Position numbers and translations under genes: made by a program. Under the pieces are notes generated by a model. That model saw only the letters and a list, made by a program, of their open reading frames with translations, did not search any database and had not been told where the DNA came from. Of a stretch of 64,000 nucleotides of DNA, positions 55,129 through 63,723 are shown in pieces (position 1 is the stretch's first letter; the number at the start of each line of letters is the position of its first letter). The DNA comes from Bacillota bacterium (lineage in GTDB: Bacteria > Patescibacteriota > Patescibacteriia > Patescibacteriales > UBA12465), in assembly GCA_050259635.1 (NCBI GenBank), contig JBLNBA010000004.1:203005-267004 (forward strand), given 5' to 3'.

Positions 55129-55545
55129 CTAAGCGGATATCTGGCTCTTCACCGCCTCGCTCATAGTGACGCCTTCGAATTTAGGCTTGACCGTGAGCTT
55201 TTCCCGGCCGAGAATCTTGACCGGGGCAGACGCATCTTTAATCAGAGTCTTTTCGAAGAGGGCGGCCGGATTGACCGTTTCCCCGTCCTTGAAGTGGCGA
55301 TTGATGGAGCTTACGGTTACTACCTGGTTCTTCGCCTTAAGAGAGCGGAAGCCGCGCAGTTTCGGAGTCTGGAGGAGCTGCTTGCGCATACCGAGCCTCT
55401 TTAAGCCGCTAACGCCGGAACGGGATTTCTGTCCCTTGAGCCCGCGAGTGCTGTAAGTACCGTGTCCGGAACCGTTGCCGCGGCCGACGCGCTTCTTCTT
55501 GTTGGTCGCTCCGTTCGAGCGCTTGATAGTATTCAGTGACAGCAT
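55129..55545 (-). CDS. rplO: 50S ribosomal protein L15 (uL15)
   Basis: KKRVGRGNGSGHGTYSTRGLKGQKSRSG motif, in the expected operon position. Confidence 0.95.
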   Translation of the reverse strand: MLSLNTIKRSNGATNKKKRVGRGNGSGHGTYSTRGLKGQKSRSGVSGLKRLGMRKQLLQTPKLRGFRSLKAKNQVVTVSSINRHFKDGETVNPAALFEKTLIKDASAPVKILGREKLTVKPKFEGVTMSEAVKSQISA

Positions 55546-55567
55546 AGATTTGGATTATATTATCCGC

Positions 55568-56248
55568 TTATTTCTTAACCGCGGTTTTCTTAACAACCTT
55601 AGCCTTCTCGGCTTTAGGGGCTTCTTCGGTAGGAGCGGCTTTCGGCTCTTCAGCCTTGGCCTTAGGAGCCTTCTTTTCCGCGACGCGCAAACTGGATAAA
55701 GCGGCAATGGTGCAACGGGCGTTATTAATCTTATTATTGGTTCCTAAAACTTTGCTGGTAACGTTCTTGATGCCAGCCAGCTCGAGAATGGCGCGAGCAA
55801 CGCCGCCGGCGATAACGCCGCGACCTTGCTTGGCCGGCTTAAAGATAATCGAAGCGGCTCCGACCTTCTGGTGGACGACATGAGGAATGGTTTCGTTTAC
55901 TACCGGAACCTTAATCATTACTTTCTTGGCGCGATTGACAGCCTTATTAACCGCCATGGTGACATCGGCGCCTTTGCCCAACCCGACACCAACACTGCCT
56001 TTCCTGTCGCCGATAGCGACACAAGCCCGGAAATTCATGCGCTTGCCTCCCGCCATAACGCGAGTAACACGGGCAATTTCCAGGATGCGCTGTTCGAATT
56101 CGTCGCGCTGGTCATCACGGCGCCGGTTATCACGGCGCGGAGGTCTTCCGCCACGCTGGCGCTTCTGACGGTCACCGCCGTAGATGTCCTTGGCGACAGC
56201 CGCAGCTACCTTGCTGGCGTCATTAGTTGTCTTGTTATCTTCTGCCAT
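55568..56248 (-). CDS. rpsE: 30S ribosomal protein S5 (uS5) with an Arg-rich N-terminal and a Lys/Ala/Glu/Pro-rich C-terminal extension
   Basis: The core is RVTRVMAGGKRMNFRACVAIGDRKGSVGVGLGKG. At 226 aa it is longer than the roughly 165 aa typical. Confidence 0.95.
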   Translation of the reverse strand: MAEDNKTTNDASKVAAAVAKDIYGGDRQKRQRGGRPPRRDNRRRDDQRDEFEQRILEIARVTRVMAGGKRMNFRACVAIGDRKGSVGVGLGKGADVTMAVNKAVNRAKKVMIKVPVVNETIPHVVHQKVGAASIIFKPAKQGRGVIAGGVARAILELAGIKNVTSKVLGTNNKINNARCTIAALSSLRVAEKKAPKAKAEEPKAAPTEEAPKAEKAKVVKKTAVKK

Positions 56249-56269
56249 ATATAGATCTTAAATGCTAAA

Positions 56270-56626
56270 TTAGAAAGCCAAGCCTTGCTCGCGAGCCGCA
56301 TCGGCGACCGCCTTGACGCGGCCGTGATAGCGATATGAACTGCGATCAAAAACGATAGTCTTAATACCCTTCGCGGCAGCCTTCTCGGCGATAAGCTTGC
56401 CTAAAGCCGCTGAGGCTTCGCTCTTCTTCATGCTTCCCTTGATCTCGCGGGCATGGGCGCTAGCCAAAGTACGGCCGGCATTATCATCGACAAGCTGCAA
56501 GAACATACCTCGATTCGAGCGGAATACGCTCAAGCGAGGCCTTTCGGCAGTGCCGCTGATCTTGGCGCGGACGCGAGCGGAACGGCGTTCCACCCGGGCT
56601 TTATTTTTCTTAATTACGTTCATCAT
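56270..56626 (-). CDS. rplR: 50S ribosomal protein L18 (uL18)
   Basis: [18 protein letters not shown] and the C-terminal [17 protein letters not shown]. Confidence 0.95.
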   Translation of the reverse strand: MMNVIKKNKARVERRSARVRAKISGTAERPRLSVFRSNRGMFLQLVDDNAGRTLASAHAREIKGSMKKSEASAALGKLIAEKAAAKGIKTIVFDRSSYRYHGRVKAVADAAREQGLAF

Positions 56627-56647
56627 ATGTTTAAATCTAGTATCGCT

Positions 56648-57187
56648 TTATTTCTTCGCGGCGGTCTTACCGGCCTTGCGGCGCAAAATCTCATCGGCAT
56701 ACTTCACGCCCTTGCCCTTATAAGGCTCAGGAGCGCGGAACTTGCGGATCTTATAAGCGGTATTACCCAAGAGCTCATTATCAATGCCGCTCAAAGTGAT
56801 AGCATTAGCTTCAACCGCAGCCGTGATACCGGCAGGAAGCGGAAAGACTATGGGATGGGAATAGCCAAGATTGAGGTTGAGGTTTGTGCCACTGACCGCA
56901 GCGCGATAACCGACACCATTAATCTCGAGCTTTTTGGTAAATCCTTCTTTAACGCCCTTAACCATGTTATTGGCAAGAGTGCGATATAAGCCCCAGTACG
57001 CACTGGCGTTCTTGGCGGCACGGTCGACAGACACGGTTAAGACACCGTCGGCGATAGCGGCTGTAGCCGGAGCTTTGATCTCCCTTTTCAGCTCTCCTTT
57101 GGGACCTTTGACGAACAAGATTCCGTCCTGGAAGGAGGCGGAGACGCCTTCAGGCAATTTGATGGGTAATTTTCCTAAGCGAGACAT
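56648..57187 (-). CDS. rplF: 50S ribosomal protein L6 (uL6)
   Basis: MSRLGKLPIKLPEGV..., two-domain L6 pattern. Confidence 0.95.
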   Translation of the reverse strand: MSRLGKLPIKLPEGVSASFQDGILFVKGPKGELKREIKAPATAAIADGVLTVSVDRAAKNASAYWGLYRTLANNMVKGVKEGFTKKLEINGVGYRAAVSGTNLNLNLGYSHPIVFPLPAGITAAVEANAITLSGIDNELLGNTAYKIRKFRAPEPYKGKGVKYADEILRRKAGKTAAKK

Positions 57188-57205
57188 ATATTCTTCGAAA
57201 TTAGT

Positions 57206-57616
57206 TTAGTACACTTCGCCGATCAGTTCGCCGCCGATATTCTTCCGGCGGGCTTCCCTATTGGTCATGATGCCGGAAGAGGTAGAGAGGATGGCAATGC
57301 CGAAATTATTCAAGACGGTCGGGATCTGATCCTTGCCGACATAAACCCGAGCACCTGATTTGCTGACGCGCTTCAAGCCGGAGATGTGCGGATGTCCATT
57401 CTTTTGGTATTTCAAGACAAGCTTGAGCTGGTCGAAGCTGCTCCGCCTAGAATTGAGTCCGCCAGGGACGATCTCGGCACGGCTGATCCAGCCTTCCTGC
57501 TCCAAGATCTTGGCAATCTCATATTTCATCTTGCTCATCGGCATCAACACCTCGGCCTTGCGGACCGCGGCGGCATTGCGGATTCTAGTAAACATGTCTG
57601 CGATGGGATCTGTCAT
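57206..57616 (-). CDS. rpsH: 30S ribosomal protein S8 (uS8)
   Basis: MTDPIADMFTRIRNA is a consensus S8 N-terminus. Confidence 0.95.
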   Translation of the reverse strand: MTDPIADMFTRIRNAAAVRKAEVLMPMSKMKYEIAKILEQEGWISRAEIVPGGLNSRRSSFDQLKLVLKYQKNGHPHISGLKRVSKSGARVYVGKDQIPTVLNNFGIAILSTSSGIMTNREARRKNIGGELIGEVY

Positions 57617-57655
57617 ATTATTGATTCTTTGTTTAGATAAATGTCGGCGGCCGGA

Positions 57656-57841
57656 TTACCAGCTGGCTTTCTTGATGCCCGGGAGGTCGCCATTATCAGC
57701 CAATTCGCGGAAGCAGATACGGCACAATCCGAAATCACGCATGTAGCCGTGGTTGCGGCCGCAGCGCCAGCAACGATTGATCTTACGAGAAGAGAATTTC
57801 GGTTTGCGCTTCGCTTTGACGATGAGAGCTGTTCTTGCCAT
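57656..57841 (-). CDS. rpsZ: 30S ribosomal protein S14 type Z (zinc-binding, 61 aa)
   Basis: [46 protein letters not shown]. The CxxC...CxxC form starts at the internal ATG of the track ORF. Confidence 0.9.
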   Translation of the reverse strand: MARTALIVKAKRKPKFSSRKINRCWRCGRNHGYMRDFGLCRICFRELADNGDLPGIKKASW

Positions 57842-57852
57842 ATATATTTGAA

Positions 57853-58398
57853 TTATTTTTCGTTCTTTTTGAAGGGAAATCCGAAGGCGGTGAACAGAGC
57901 CAATCCCTCCGCTCGGGAGCGAGCATTCGTATTGAGACAAATCTCCAAGCCAAAAGCCTGGTCCATATCCTCAGCTCTGAGCTCCGGAAAAGCGGAATAA
58001 TCTTTAAATCCGATCGTCATATTTCCATTCCGATCCACTCCCTTGTCGCTGATGCCGCGGAAATCGCGGACGCGGGGGAAAGTGATTTTCACCAGCTTCT
58101 CGACGAAATCATACATCCGATCGCCACGCAAGGTTGCGACGGCGCCGATAACCTGGCCTTCGCGCACTTTAAAAGCCGAGATGGACTTCTTCGCCTTAGT
58201 CATGACCGGTTTTTGGCCGCTGATCTTGGTGAGGCTCTTCTCGATGTTGCTGATCGCTTCTTTCTCCTTAGCATGCTTGCCGAAGCCGATATTGATCACG
58301 ACTTTCTTCAAGTGCGGCACGAGAAGGTTATTCTTATAGGAGAACTGTTCCTTGAGGGACGGTAAGATCTCCTTCTGGTATGTTGCTTTTAAGCTCAT
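57853..58398 (-). CDS. rplE: 50S ribosomal protein L5 (uL5)
   Basis: Operon position and the L5 pattern (..RDFRG......DGRGN...G). Confidence 0.95.
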   Translation of the reverse strand: MSLKATYQKEILPSLKEQFSYKNNLLVPHLKKVVINIGFGKHAKEKEAISNIEKSLTKISGQKPVMTKAKKSISAFKVREGQVIGAVATLRGDRMYDFVEKLVKITFPRVRDFRGISDKGVDRNGNMTIGFKDYSAFPELRAEDMDQAFGLEICLNTNARSRAEGLALFTAFGFPFKKNEK

Positions 58399-58408
58399 AA
58401 GGTTAGGT

Positions 58409-58741
58409 TTACTCGATTACGGCCTGGCATTTTTTGCAGGTCCGATATTTTTTCGCGCCCTTCTCTCCCTCGACGACTTTAATGCCGACGCGGGTCTGCC
58501 GTCCGCAAGACGGGCAGATGAGCGCTACGTTGGAAGCGTTGACGAAAGCCGGGAACTCGATACGCTGGCCCTTTTCTCCGTCACGGTTAGGGCGCATGTG
58601 CTTAACGAGGAGGTTTAAGCCCTCGACACTGACCTTCCCTTCCTTCGGGAGTACCTGCAAGACCTTGCCGGTCTTGCCGTTATCTTTTCCGGCCAGGATC
58701 TTCACGTTGTCATTTTTCTTGATATGCATATATTCGCTCAT
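58409..58741 (-). CDS. rplX: 50S ribosomal protein L24 (uL24), Cys4-containing variant
   Basis: KOW motif (KILAGKDNGKTGKVLQV) plus CPSC...CKKC in the C-terminal half. The start may be the internal MHIKKND (58729). Confidence 0.9.
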   Translation of the reverse strand: MSEYMHIKKNDNVKILAGKDNGKTGKVLQVLPKEGKVSVEGLNLLVKHMRPNRDGEKGQRIEFPAFVNASNVALICPSCGRQTRVGIKVVEGEKGAKKYRTCKKCQAVIE

Positions 58742-58750
58742 TAAGGGCTG

Positions 58751-59125
58751 TTATAAGACTTCCGGCGCCAAGGAAGCGATCTTCACGAAACCAGCACGGC
58801 GCACTTCTCTTGCGACCGGACCAAAGATACGGGTACCCTTGGGGTCCTTCTTCTCCTTGTCGACGATGATAACGCAGGCGTTATCGTCAAAGCGGACGTA
58901 AGTTCCGTCCACGCGACGGATTTCCTTACTGGTGCGTACGATGACGGCTTTAACCACGTCACTCTTTTTGACGGCAGCATGAGGAGAAGCACTTTTCACG
59001 GTGCCGATGATAATATCACCGACGTGGGCATAGCGCTTCTTATAGCCGCCGAGTACGCGGATGCACATCACTTCCTTCGCTCCGGAATTGTCGGCCACTT
59101 TTAATCTAGTCTGTACTTGAATCAT
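58751..59125 (-). CDS. rplN: 50S ribosomal protein L14 (uL14)
   Basis: [18 protein letters not shown] is the consensus start. Confidence 0.95.
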   Translation of the reverse strand: MIQVQTRLKVADNSGAKEVMCIRVLGGYKKRYAHVGDIIIGTVKSASPHAAVKKSDVVKAVIVRTSKEIRRVDGTYVRFDDNACVIIVDKEKKDPKGTRIFGPVAREVRRAGFVKIASLAPEVL

Positions 59126-59172
59126 ACCGATAATATTTGCCGCCGCCTCAGAGAGTACGGCCAGCTAATTCT

Positions 59173-59448
59173 TTATTTCTCAATTATCCGCCAGCGCTTA
59201 GTCTTGCTCAAGGGGCGGCATTCGATAAAGGTTACCTTATCTCCCTCTTTGCAAGCATCCTTCTCGTCATGCACCTGGTATTTCCGGCTGACGGTATAGC
59301 GCTTTCGATATTTCTGGTTTACCTTAGCGATATCGACTTTGACCACAGCAGTCTTGTCGCCCTTGGCGCTCACGACCACGCCTTTGAAGCGCTTAGTGGT
59401 TTTGGTCGACGCCGGAGTGGCAGTCGCTGTTTTCTTGGTTGCGGGCAT
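59173..59448 (-). CDS. rpsQ: 30S ribosomal protein S17 (uS17)
   Basis: F.GVVVSAKGDKTAVVKVD...HDE...GD.V.I.ECRPLSK.KRW pattern. Confidence 0.95.
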   Translation of the reverse strand: MPATKKTATATPASTKTTKRFKGVVVSAKGDKTAVVKVDIAKVNQKYRKRYTVSRKYQVHDEKDACKEGDKVTFIECRPLSKTKRWRIIEK

Positions 59449-59459
59449 AATGTTATAGA

Positions 59460-59645
59460 TTAAGCTTTCGCGCTGAGAACCGTCATGATCCGGGCCAAGG
59501 TTTCCCTGGTTTCCCTGATTTCACGGACGTTCTTAAGCTGGCGGTTAGAATCCTTAAAGCGCAGCTCACGCAGCTTTTCCCGGTATTCGGTCAACATTTT
59601 TTGAAGTTCCGCCGGGTTCTTGGTTTTGAGCTCTTTCATTTCCAT
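59460..59645 (-). CDS. rpmC: 50S ribosomal protein L29 (uL29)
   Basis: 61 aa with the L29 pattern (ELR...L.ELRFK...QL.N...IR..R..IARI). Confidence 0.9.
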   Translation of the reverse strand: MEMKELKTKNPAELQKMLTEYREKLRELRFKDSNRQLKNVREIRETRETLARIMTVLSAKA

Positions 59646-59670
59646 ATTATTGTAGATATATATTTCCGGC

Positions 59671-60075
59671 TTACTTCGTGATGATCTTGCATTTCACCGG
59701 GAGCTTATGGGAAGCCAAAGTCATGGCTTCACGGGCGGTCGTATCATCGAGCCCTTCGAGCTCGAACATAACCGTTCCGGGCTTGACGACGGCAACATAA
59801 TAGTCGACGGCGCCTTTTCCCTTACCCATCGGGATTTCACCTCCGTGGGCGGTTACCGGCTTATCCGGGAAGATCCTGATCCAAAGCTTACCAGTTTTCT
59901 TGATATACCTGGTCATGACGCGGCGAGCGGACTCGATCTGCCTGGAATTGATCCAGTGTTCGGTGGTCGCCTTGAGGCCGTAGCTGCCGAAGCTGACTTC
60001 GACCGTGCGGGTGGCAATGCCTCCGCGGCGGCGCTTATGGTCCTTCCGGTATTTTAACTTTTTTGGCATTAACAT
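59671..60075 (-). CDS. rplP: 50S ribosomal protein L16 (uL16)
   Basis: MLMPKKLKYRKDHKRRRGG... and RMGKGKG-type loop (PMGKGKGAVDYYV). Confidence 0.95.
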   Translation of the reverse strand: MLMPKKLKYRKDHKRRRGGIATRTVEVSFGSYGLKATTEHWINSRQIESARRVMTRYIKKTGKLWIRIFPDKPVTAHGGEIPMGKGKGAVDYYVAVVKPGTVMFELEGLDDTTAREAMTLASHKLPVKCKIITK

Positions 60076-60108
60076 ATCGGTGTTTTGAAATCGTTAATAA
60101 TATGGGCC

Positions 60109-60789
60109 TTAGGCGGCAATCAATTCGCCGCGGCTATCCTTTTCCTTCTCGAAGACCTCACCCTTGTAGATCCATACTTTGATGCCGATGGTCCCGTAAC
60201 TAGTATTGGCAACGCCACGGGCGTAATCGATATCAGCGCGGAGGGTCTGTAACGGCACTTTGCCCCAAACAAGCTTTTCCGTGCGGGCGATTTCAGCGCC
60301 ATTCAAGCGGCCGGAGATAACGATCTTGACGCCGAGAGCGCCGCCGCGTTCCACGCGGCCCAAAAGCTGCTTCATCACCTTACGGAAAGGCATACGCTTC
60401 TCGATATCCAGGATGCAAGATTGGACGGCAATCTGAGCACTGAGCTGCGGCCGGCTAACCTCTTTGATATTGAGAGTGATTTCGCCCATCCGGAAGTTGC
60501 GCAAGAATTGGTCATGAATCTTCTTCTTTAGGTCTTCCACGCCATTTCCCCCACGTCCGATGACTAAGCCCGGCTTAGCGGTCCAGAGATCGATCGTAAT
60601 CTTGTTCAGACTGCGGATGATCTCTACCTTGTCTACGCCGGCTTCACGCATGGTCTTGATGAGGTGTTTGCGGATCGCGATATCCTGTTGGATATTCTTG
60701 ATATAATTCGAACCGCTCTCAAACCAGACGGAAGGCCAAGTCTTCGTAACGCCTAAGCGCATTACTTTTGGATTTACTTTTTTACCCAT
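60109..60789 (-). CDS. rpsC: 30S ribosomal protein S3 (uS3)
   Basis: MGKKVNPKVMRLG...W.S.W followed by a KH domain and GRLNGAEIAR. Confidence 0.95.
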   Translation of the reverse strand: MGKKVNPKVMRLGVTKTWPSVWFESGSNYIKNIQQDIAIRKHLIKTMREAGVDKVEIIRSLNKITIDLWTAKPGLVIGRGGNGVEDLKKKIHDQFLRNFRMGEITLNIKEVSRPQLSAQIAVQSCILDIEKRMPFRKVMKQLLGRVERGGALGVKIVISGRLNGAEIARTEKLVWGKVPLQTLRADIDYARGVANTSYGTIGIKVWIYKGEVFEKEKDSRGELIAA

Positions 60790-60821
60790 ACTATTGGTAT
60801 TGCGTATTAATCTCGATTAAA

Positions 60822-61358
60822 TTATTTGCTTCCGGCCTTACGGTTGAAAACCTTGCCGGTAAAGCCCTTGCCGGATTTCACGTCGGCATTCACTTTCGCT
60901 TCCTTGGCGGCGGGCTTACCGTCCTTCTTGGCAGCCTTAGCTCTCTTCTCCGCTTCAGCGACGACAGCTTCCAGTTTCACCGGAGCTTCTACCTTCTCCT
61001 TGCGCGCTTCCTTCTTGCCGCTCTCGACGATTTCCGCCAGAGTGACATGGACATGGCAGCCGCGCTTACGGATGACGGTCGCCCGTCCGTGTGCTTTAGG
61101 CATCCAACGCTTCAAGGTTACGCCTTCGTCGACCTTAATCGCCTTGATGAAGAGATTATCCTTATCCAGGCTGAAATTGTGTTCGGCATTAGCGATCGCG
61201 GAGAGAATTAGCTTCTTCACCGGCTCGGCTGCAACCTTATTAAGGAATTGCAGCTGCACCAGCGCTTTGCCCGTTTCCATCTTGCGGACTACGTCGGCAA
61301 CGAGGCGGAGCTTGCGGGGAGACATTCTCAGATGATTCAAACTAGCTTTGATTTCCAT
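60822..61358 (-). CDS. rplV: 50S ribosomal protein L22 (uL22) with a Lys/Ala/Glu-rich C-terminal extension
   Basis: L.MSPRKLRLVADVVR core. It is 178 aa against about 110 aa typical. Confidence 0.9.
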   Translation of the reverse strand: MEIKASLNHLRMSPRKLRLVADVVRKMETGKALVQLQFLNKVAAEPVKKLILSAIANAEHNFSLDKDNLFIKAIKVDEGVTLKRWMPKAHGRATVIRKRGCHVHVTLAEIVESGKKEARKEKVEAPVKLEAVVAEAEKRAKAAKKDGKPAAKEAKVNADVKSGKGFTGKVFNRKAGSK

Positions 61359-61376
61359 AGGATTGGGTGCTTAGAA

Positions 61377-61664
61377 TTATTTCTTGCCCGCGGTCTGGGC
61401 TTTAGCCATCTTACCGCCATGTGAGACGAACTTTCTGGTCGGGGCAAATTCGCCCAGACGGTGCCCAACCATGTTCTCAACGACGTAAACCGGTACATGC
61501 TGCTTGCCGTTGTGGACGCCTAAAGTATGGCCGACCATCTCCGGAACGATCGTGGCTGCGCGGTCCCAAACCTTAATGACGGTCTTATCTCCCGGCTTCA
61601 GGTCGATGACTTTCTTGAGGAGGCGCTGGTTGATATACGGTCCTTTTTTCAAACTTCTTGACAT
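61377..61664 (-). CDS. rpsS: 30S ribosomal protein S19 (uS19)
   Basis: [11 protein letters not shown]... and [31 protein letters not shown]. Confidence 0.95.
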   Translation of the reverse strand: MSRSLKKGPYINQRLLKKVIDLKPGDKTVIKVWDRAATIVPEMVGHTLGVHNGKQHVPVYVVENMVGHRLGEFAPTRKFVSHGGKMAKAQTAGKK

Positions 61665-61690
61665 ATGCTTGTTATGATATATGGATAGCC

Positions 61691-62527
61691 TTATTTCCTC
61701 TTCGCCCGGCGCTTGATGATCAGCTTGCTGGATGAGCGCTTGCGGCGGGTCTTGACCCCTAAGGCAGGTTTGCCCCAGATGGTTTTCGGATGGCGCAGAC
61801 CGATGGACTGGTTACCTTCACCGCCTCCGTGTGGATGGTCAACCGGATTCATAGCGGTACCGCGGACGGTCGGGCGGATGCCCAAATGGCGGCTGCGGCC
61901 GGCTTTTCCTAAAACGATGTGGCGTCTATCGGCATTACTTGCCTGGCCGACGGTGCATAAGCACTCCTTTTTTACCAGGCGGATTTCGCCGCTCGGCAGT
62001 TTGACCTGGGCATACTTTCCTTCGACACCCATGACAAAGACGGCATTACCAGCTCCCCGAGCGATACGGGCTCCGCGTCCAGGTTCGAATTCGAGACAGC
62101 TGATAGCGACACCAGCCGGAATATACTGAACAGGCATAGCATTACCGGTCTTGATTTCGATCAGGCTCTTAGAGCTGATTACCTTCTCCCCGACAGTAAG
62201 TCCGGTCGGAGCGGCAACATATCTCTTCTCACCATCAGCGTAGTGGAGCAAGGCCAGACGGGTTCCACGGTTAGGATCATATTCGATCGCCGCAACAGTT
62301 GCCGGTATATCAAACTTATCACGCTTGAAATCGACAATGCGCAGATAGCGCTTCTCGCCGCCACCGCGATGACGAACGGTGATTTTCCCCTGGCTGTTGC
62401 GTCCGCTCTTCTTCTTCTTAATGACGATCAGGTTCTTTTCAGGAGAGTGCTTGGTGATGTCGGCAAAATCGTCGAAAGTGGCGCCGCGGCGTCCTGGTGT
62501 ATTCGCTTGTACTTTTTTAATGCCCAT
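61691..62527 (-). CDS. rplB: 50S ribosomal protein L2 (uL2)
   Basis: [19 protein letters not shown] and HPHGGGEG motifs. Confidence 0.95.
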   Translation of the reverse strand: MGIKKVQANTPGRRGATFDDFADITKHSPEKNLIVIKKKKSGRNSQGKITVRHRGGGEKRYLRIVDFKRDKFDIPATVAAIEYDPNRGTRLALLHYADGEKRYVAAPTGLTVGEKVISSKSLIEIKTGNAMPVQYIPAGVAISCLEFEPGRGARIARGAGNAVFVMGVEGKYAQVKLPSGEIRLVKKECLCTVGQASNADRRHIVLGKAGRSRHLGIRPTVRGTAMNPVDHPHGGGEGNQSIGLRHPKTIWGKPALGVKTRRKRSSSKLIIKRRAKRK

Positions 62528-62554
62528 ATGTGGTCGTTTAGGTGTTTAGAAAGA

Positions 62555-63046
62555 TTAGACGCCTTCGTAAATCCTGATGCTCTCACCCTTCTTGAGGGTG
62601 ACGACGGCTTTCTTCCAGTCTTTGCGCTGCCCCTTGATGCGACCGCGCAAGGTTGCCTTGCCCTTCATCGAGATGATATTGACTCTCACCGGTTTGACGC
62701 CGTAGATAGCCTGGACGGCTTTAGCGACTTCAATCTTATTAGCAGCCTGAGAGATTACGAAAGCATACTTGTTCTGAGCGCCCAGCTCAGTCGCCTTTTC
62801 GGTGATGAGCGGCTTATCAAGGACCCGATAGGCACCATCGAAACGGGTCGTCGGGGCAGACTTCTTTGCCCGGGACGGTTTCTTCACGGCTTCAGCCGCA
62901 TACAATTCCTGCATGCTCTGCTCTTCGGCCGGGGCCTTCTTCGTTTCCTTCGCTTCAGCAGCCTTAGTTGCCGTCTTCTTGGCGGCCGGCTTCTTCTCGC
63001 TCGGTTGTTTTGCTCCAAATAAAGCCATATTATTATGCAAATTCAT
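62555..63046 (-). CDS. rplW: 50S ribosomal protein L23 (uL23) with a Lys/Ala-rich N-terminal extension
   Basis: The core L.KPLITEKAT......NKYAF.V...ANK.E.K.AV lies in the C-terminal 95 aa. The exact start is uncertain. Confidence 0.9.
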   Translation of the reverse strand: MNLHNNMALFGAKQPSEKKPAAKKTATKAAEAKETKKAPAEEQSMQELYAAEAVKKPSRAKKSAPTTRFDGAYRVLDKPLITEKATELGAQNKYAFVISQAANKIEVAKAVQAIYGVKPVRVNIISMKGKATLRGRIKGQRKDWKKAVVTLKKGESIRIYEGV

Positions 63047-63049
63047 TGA

Positions 63050-63700
63050 TTATTTCTTGGCGAACTGCTTCTCTAAAGCTTTCGCGCCTTCCTCAGTCAT
63101 CAGGACCTGGCGGTTAGTCACGAGGTCGACGATATTGATGTTTTCAGGATTGATCACGGTTACGCCCTTGAGGTTACGGCCGGAGAATCTTGCCTTCTCA
63201 TCCTTCTCGTTATTGATCACGAGGAGAGAACGGCGTCCCGGAAGGATTTCTTTCTCGAAAGCCTTGAGCATGGCGTCGAACTTCTTGGTCTTGAACTCAC
63301 CCATTTTCAAAGTATCGACGATGACGAGGCTGGACTGGGAAACCTTATCGGAAAGGGCCATCATTACGGCCTTCTGGCGCATCTTCTTATTAAGCTTCTT
63401 GGAGAAATTGCGGTCCTTGGTCGGTCCAAAGGTTACGCCTCCACCGATCCAGAGCGGAGAACGGCTGCTACCGGCGCGAGCACGCCCAGTTCCCTTCTGC
63501 TTCCAAGGCTTCTTGCCGCCACCGGAAACTTCACTGCGATCCTTGGTATGAGCAAGCACTTGGCGCTCGTTTGCCTGTTGGGTAATGATTGCCTGATGCA
63601 GAAGATCGGCATTCGCCTTGACGCCGAAGATACCGGCGGAAAGCTCGAGATCCTTCAGGGGTTGAGCGCTCTGGTTATAAACTTTGACTTTGATAGACAT
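63050..63700 (-). CDS. rplD: 50S ribosomal protein L4 (uL4)
   Basis: SGGGKKPWKQKGTGRARAGS.RSP.W.GGG..FGP motif. Confidence 0.95.
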   Translation of the reverse strand: MSIKVKVYNQSAQPLKDLELSAGIFGVKANADLLHQAIITQQANERQVLAHTKDRSEVSGGGKKPWKQKGTGRARAGSSRSPLWIGGGVTFGPTKDRNFSKKLNKKMRQKAVMMALSDKVSQSSLVIVDTLKMGEFKTKKFDAMLKAFEKEILPGRRSLLVINNEKDEKARFSGRNLKGVTVINPENINIVDLVTNRQVLMTEEGAKALEKQFAKK

Positions 63701-63723
63701 ATGTTTGACGGGATCTTAACAGC

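Noticed and set aside
62243-63022. 259-aa plus-strand ORF.
   Set aside because: It is antisense to rplB/rplW, whose identities are unambiguous. This is a shadow ORF in GC-rich coding DNA.
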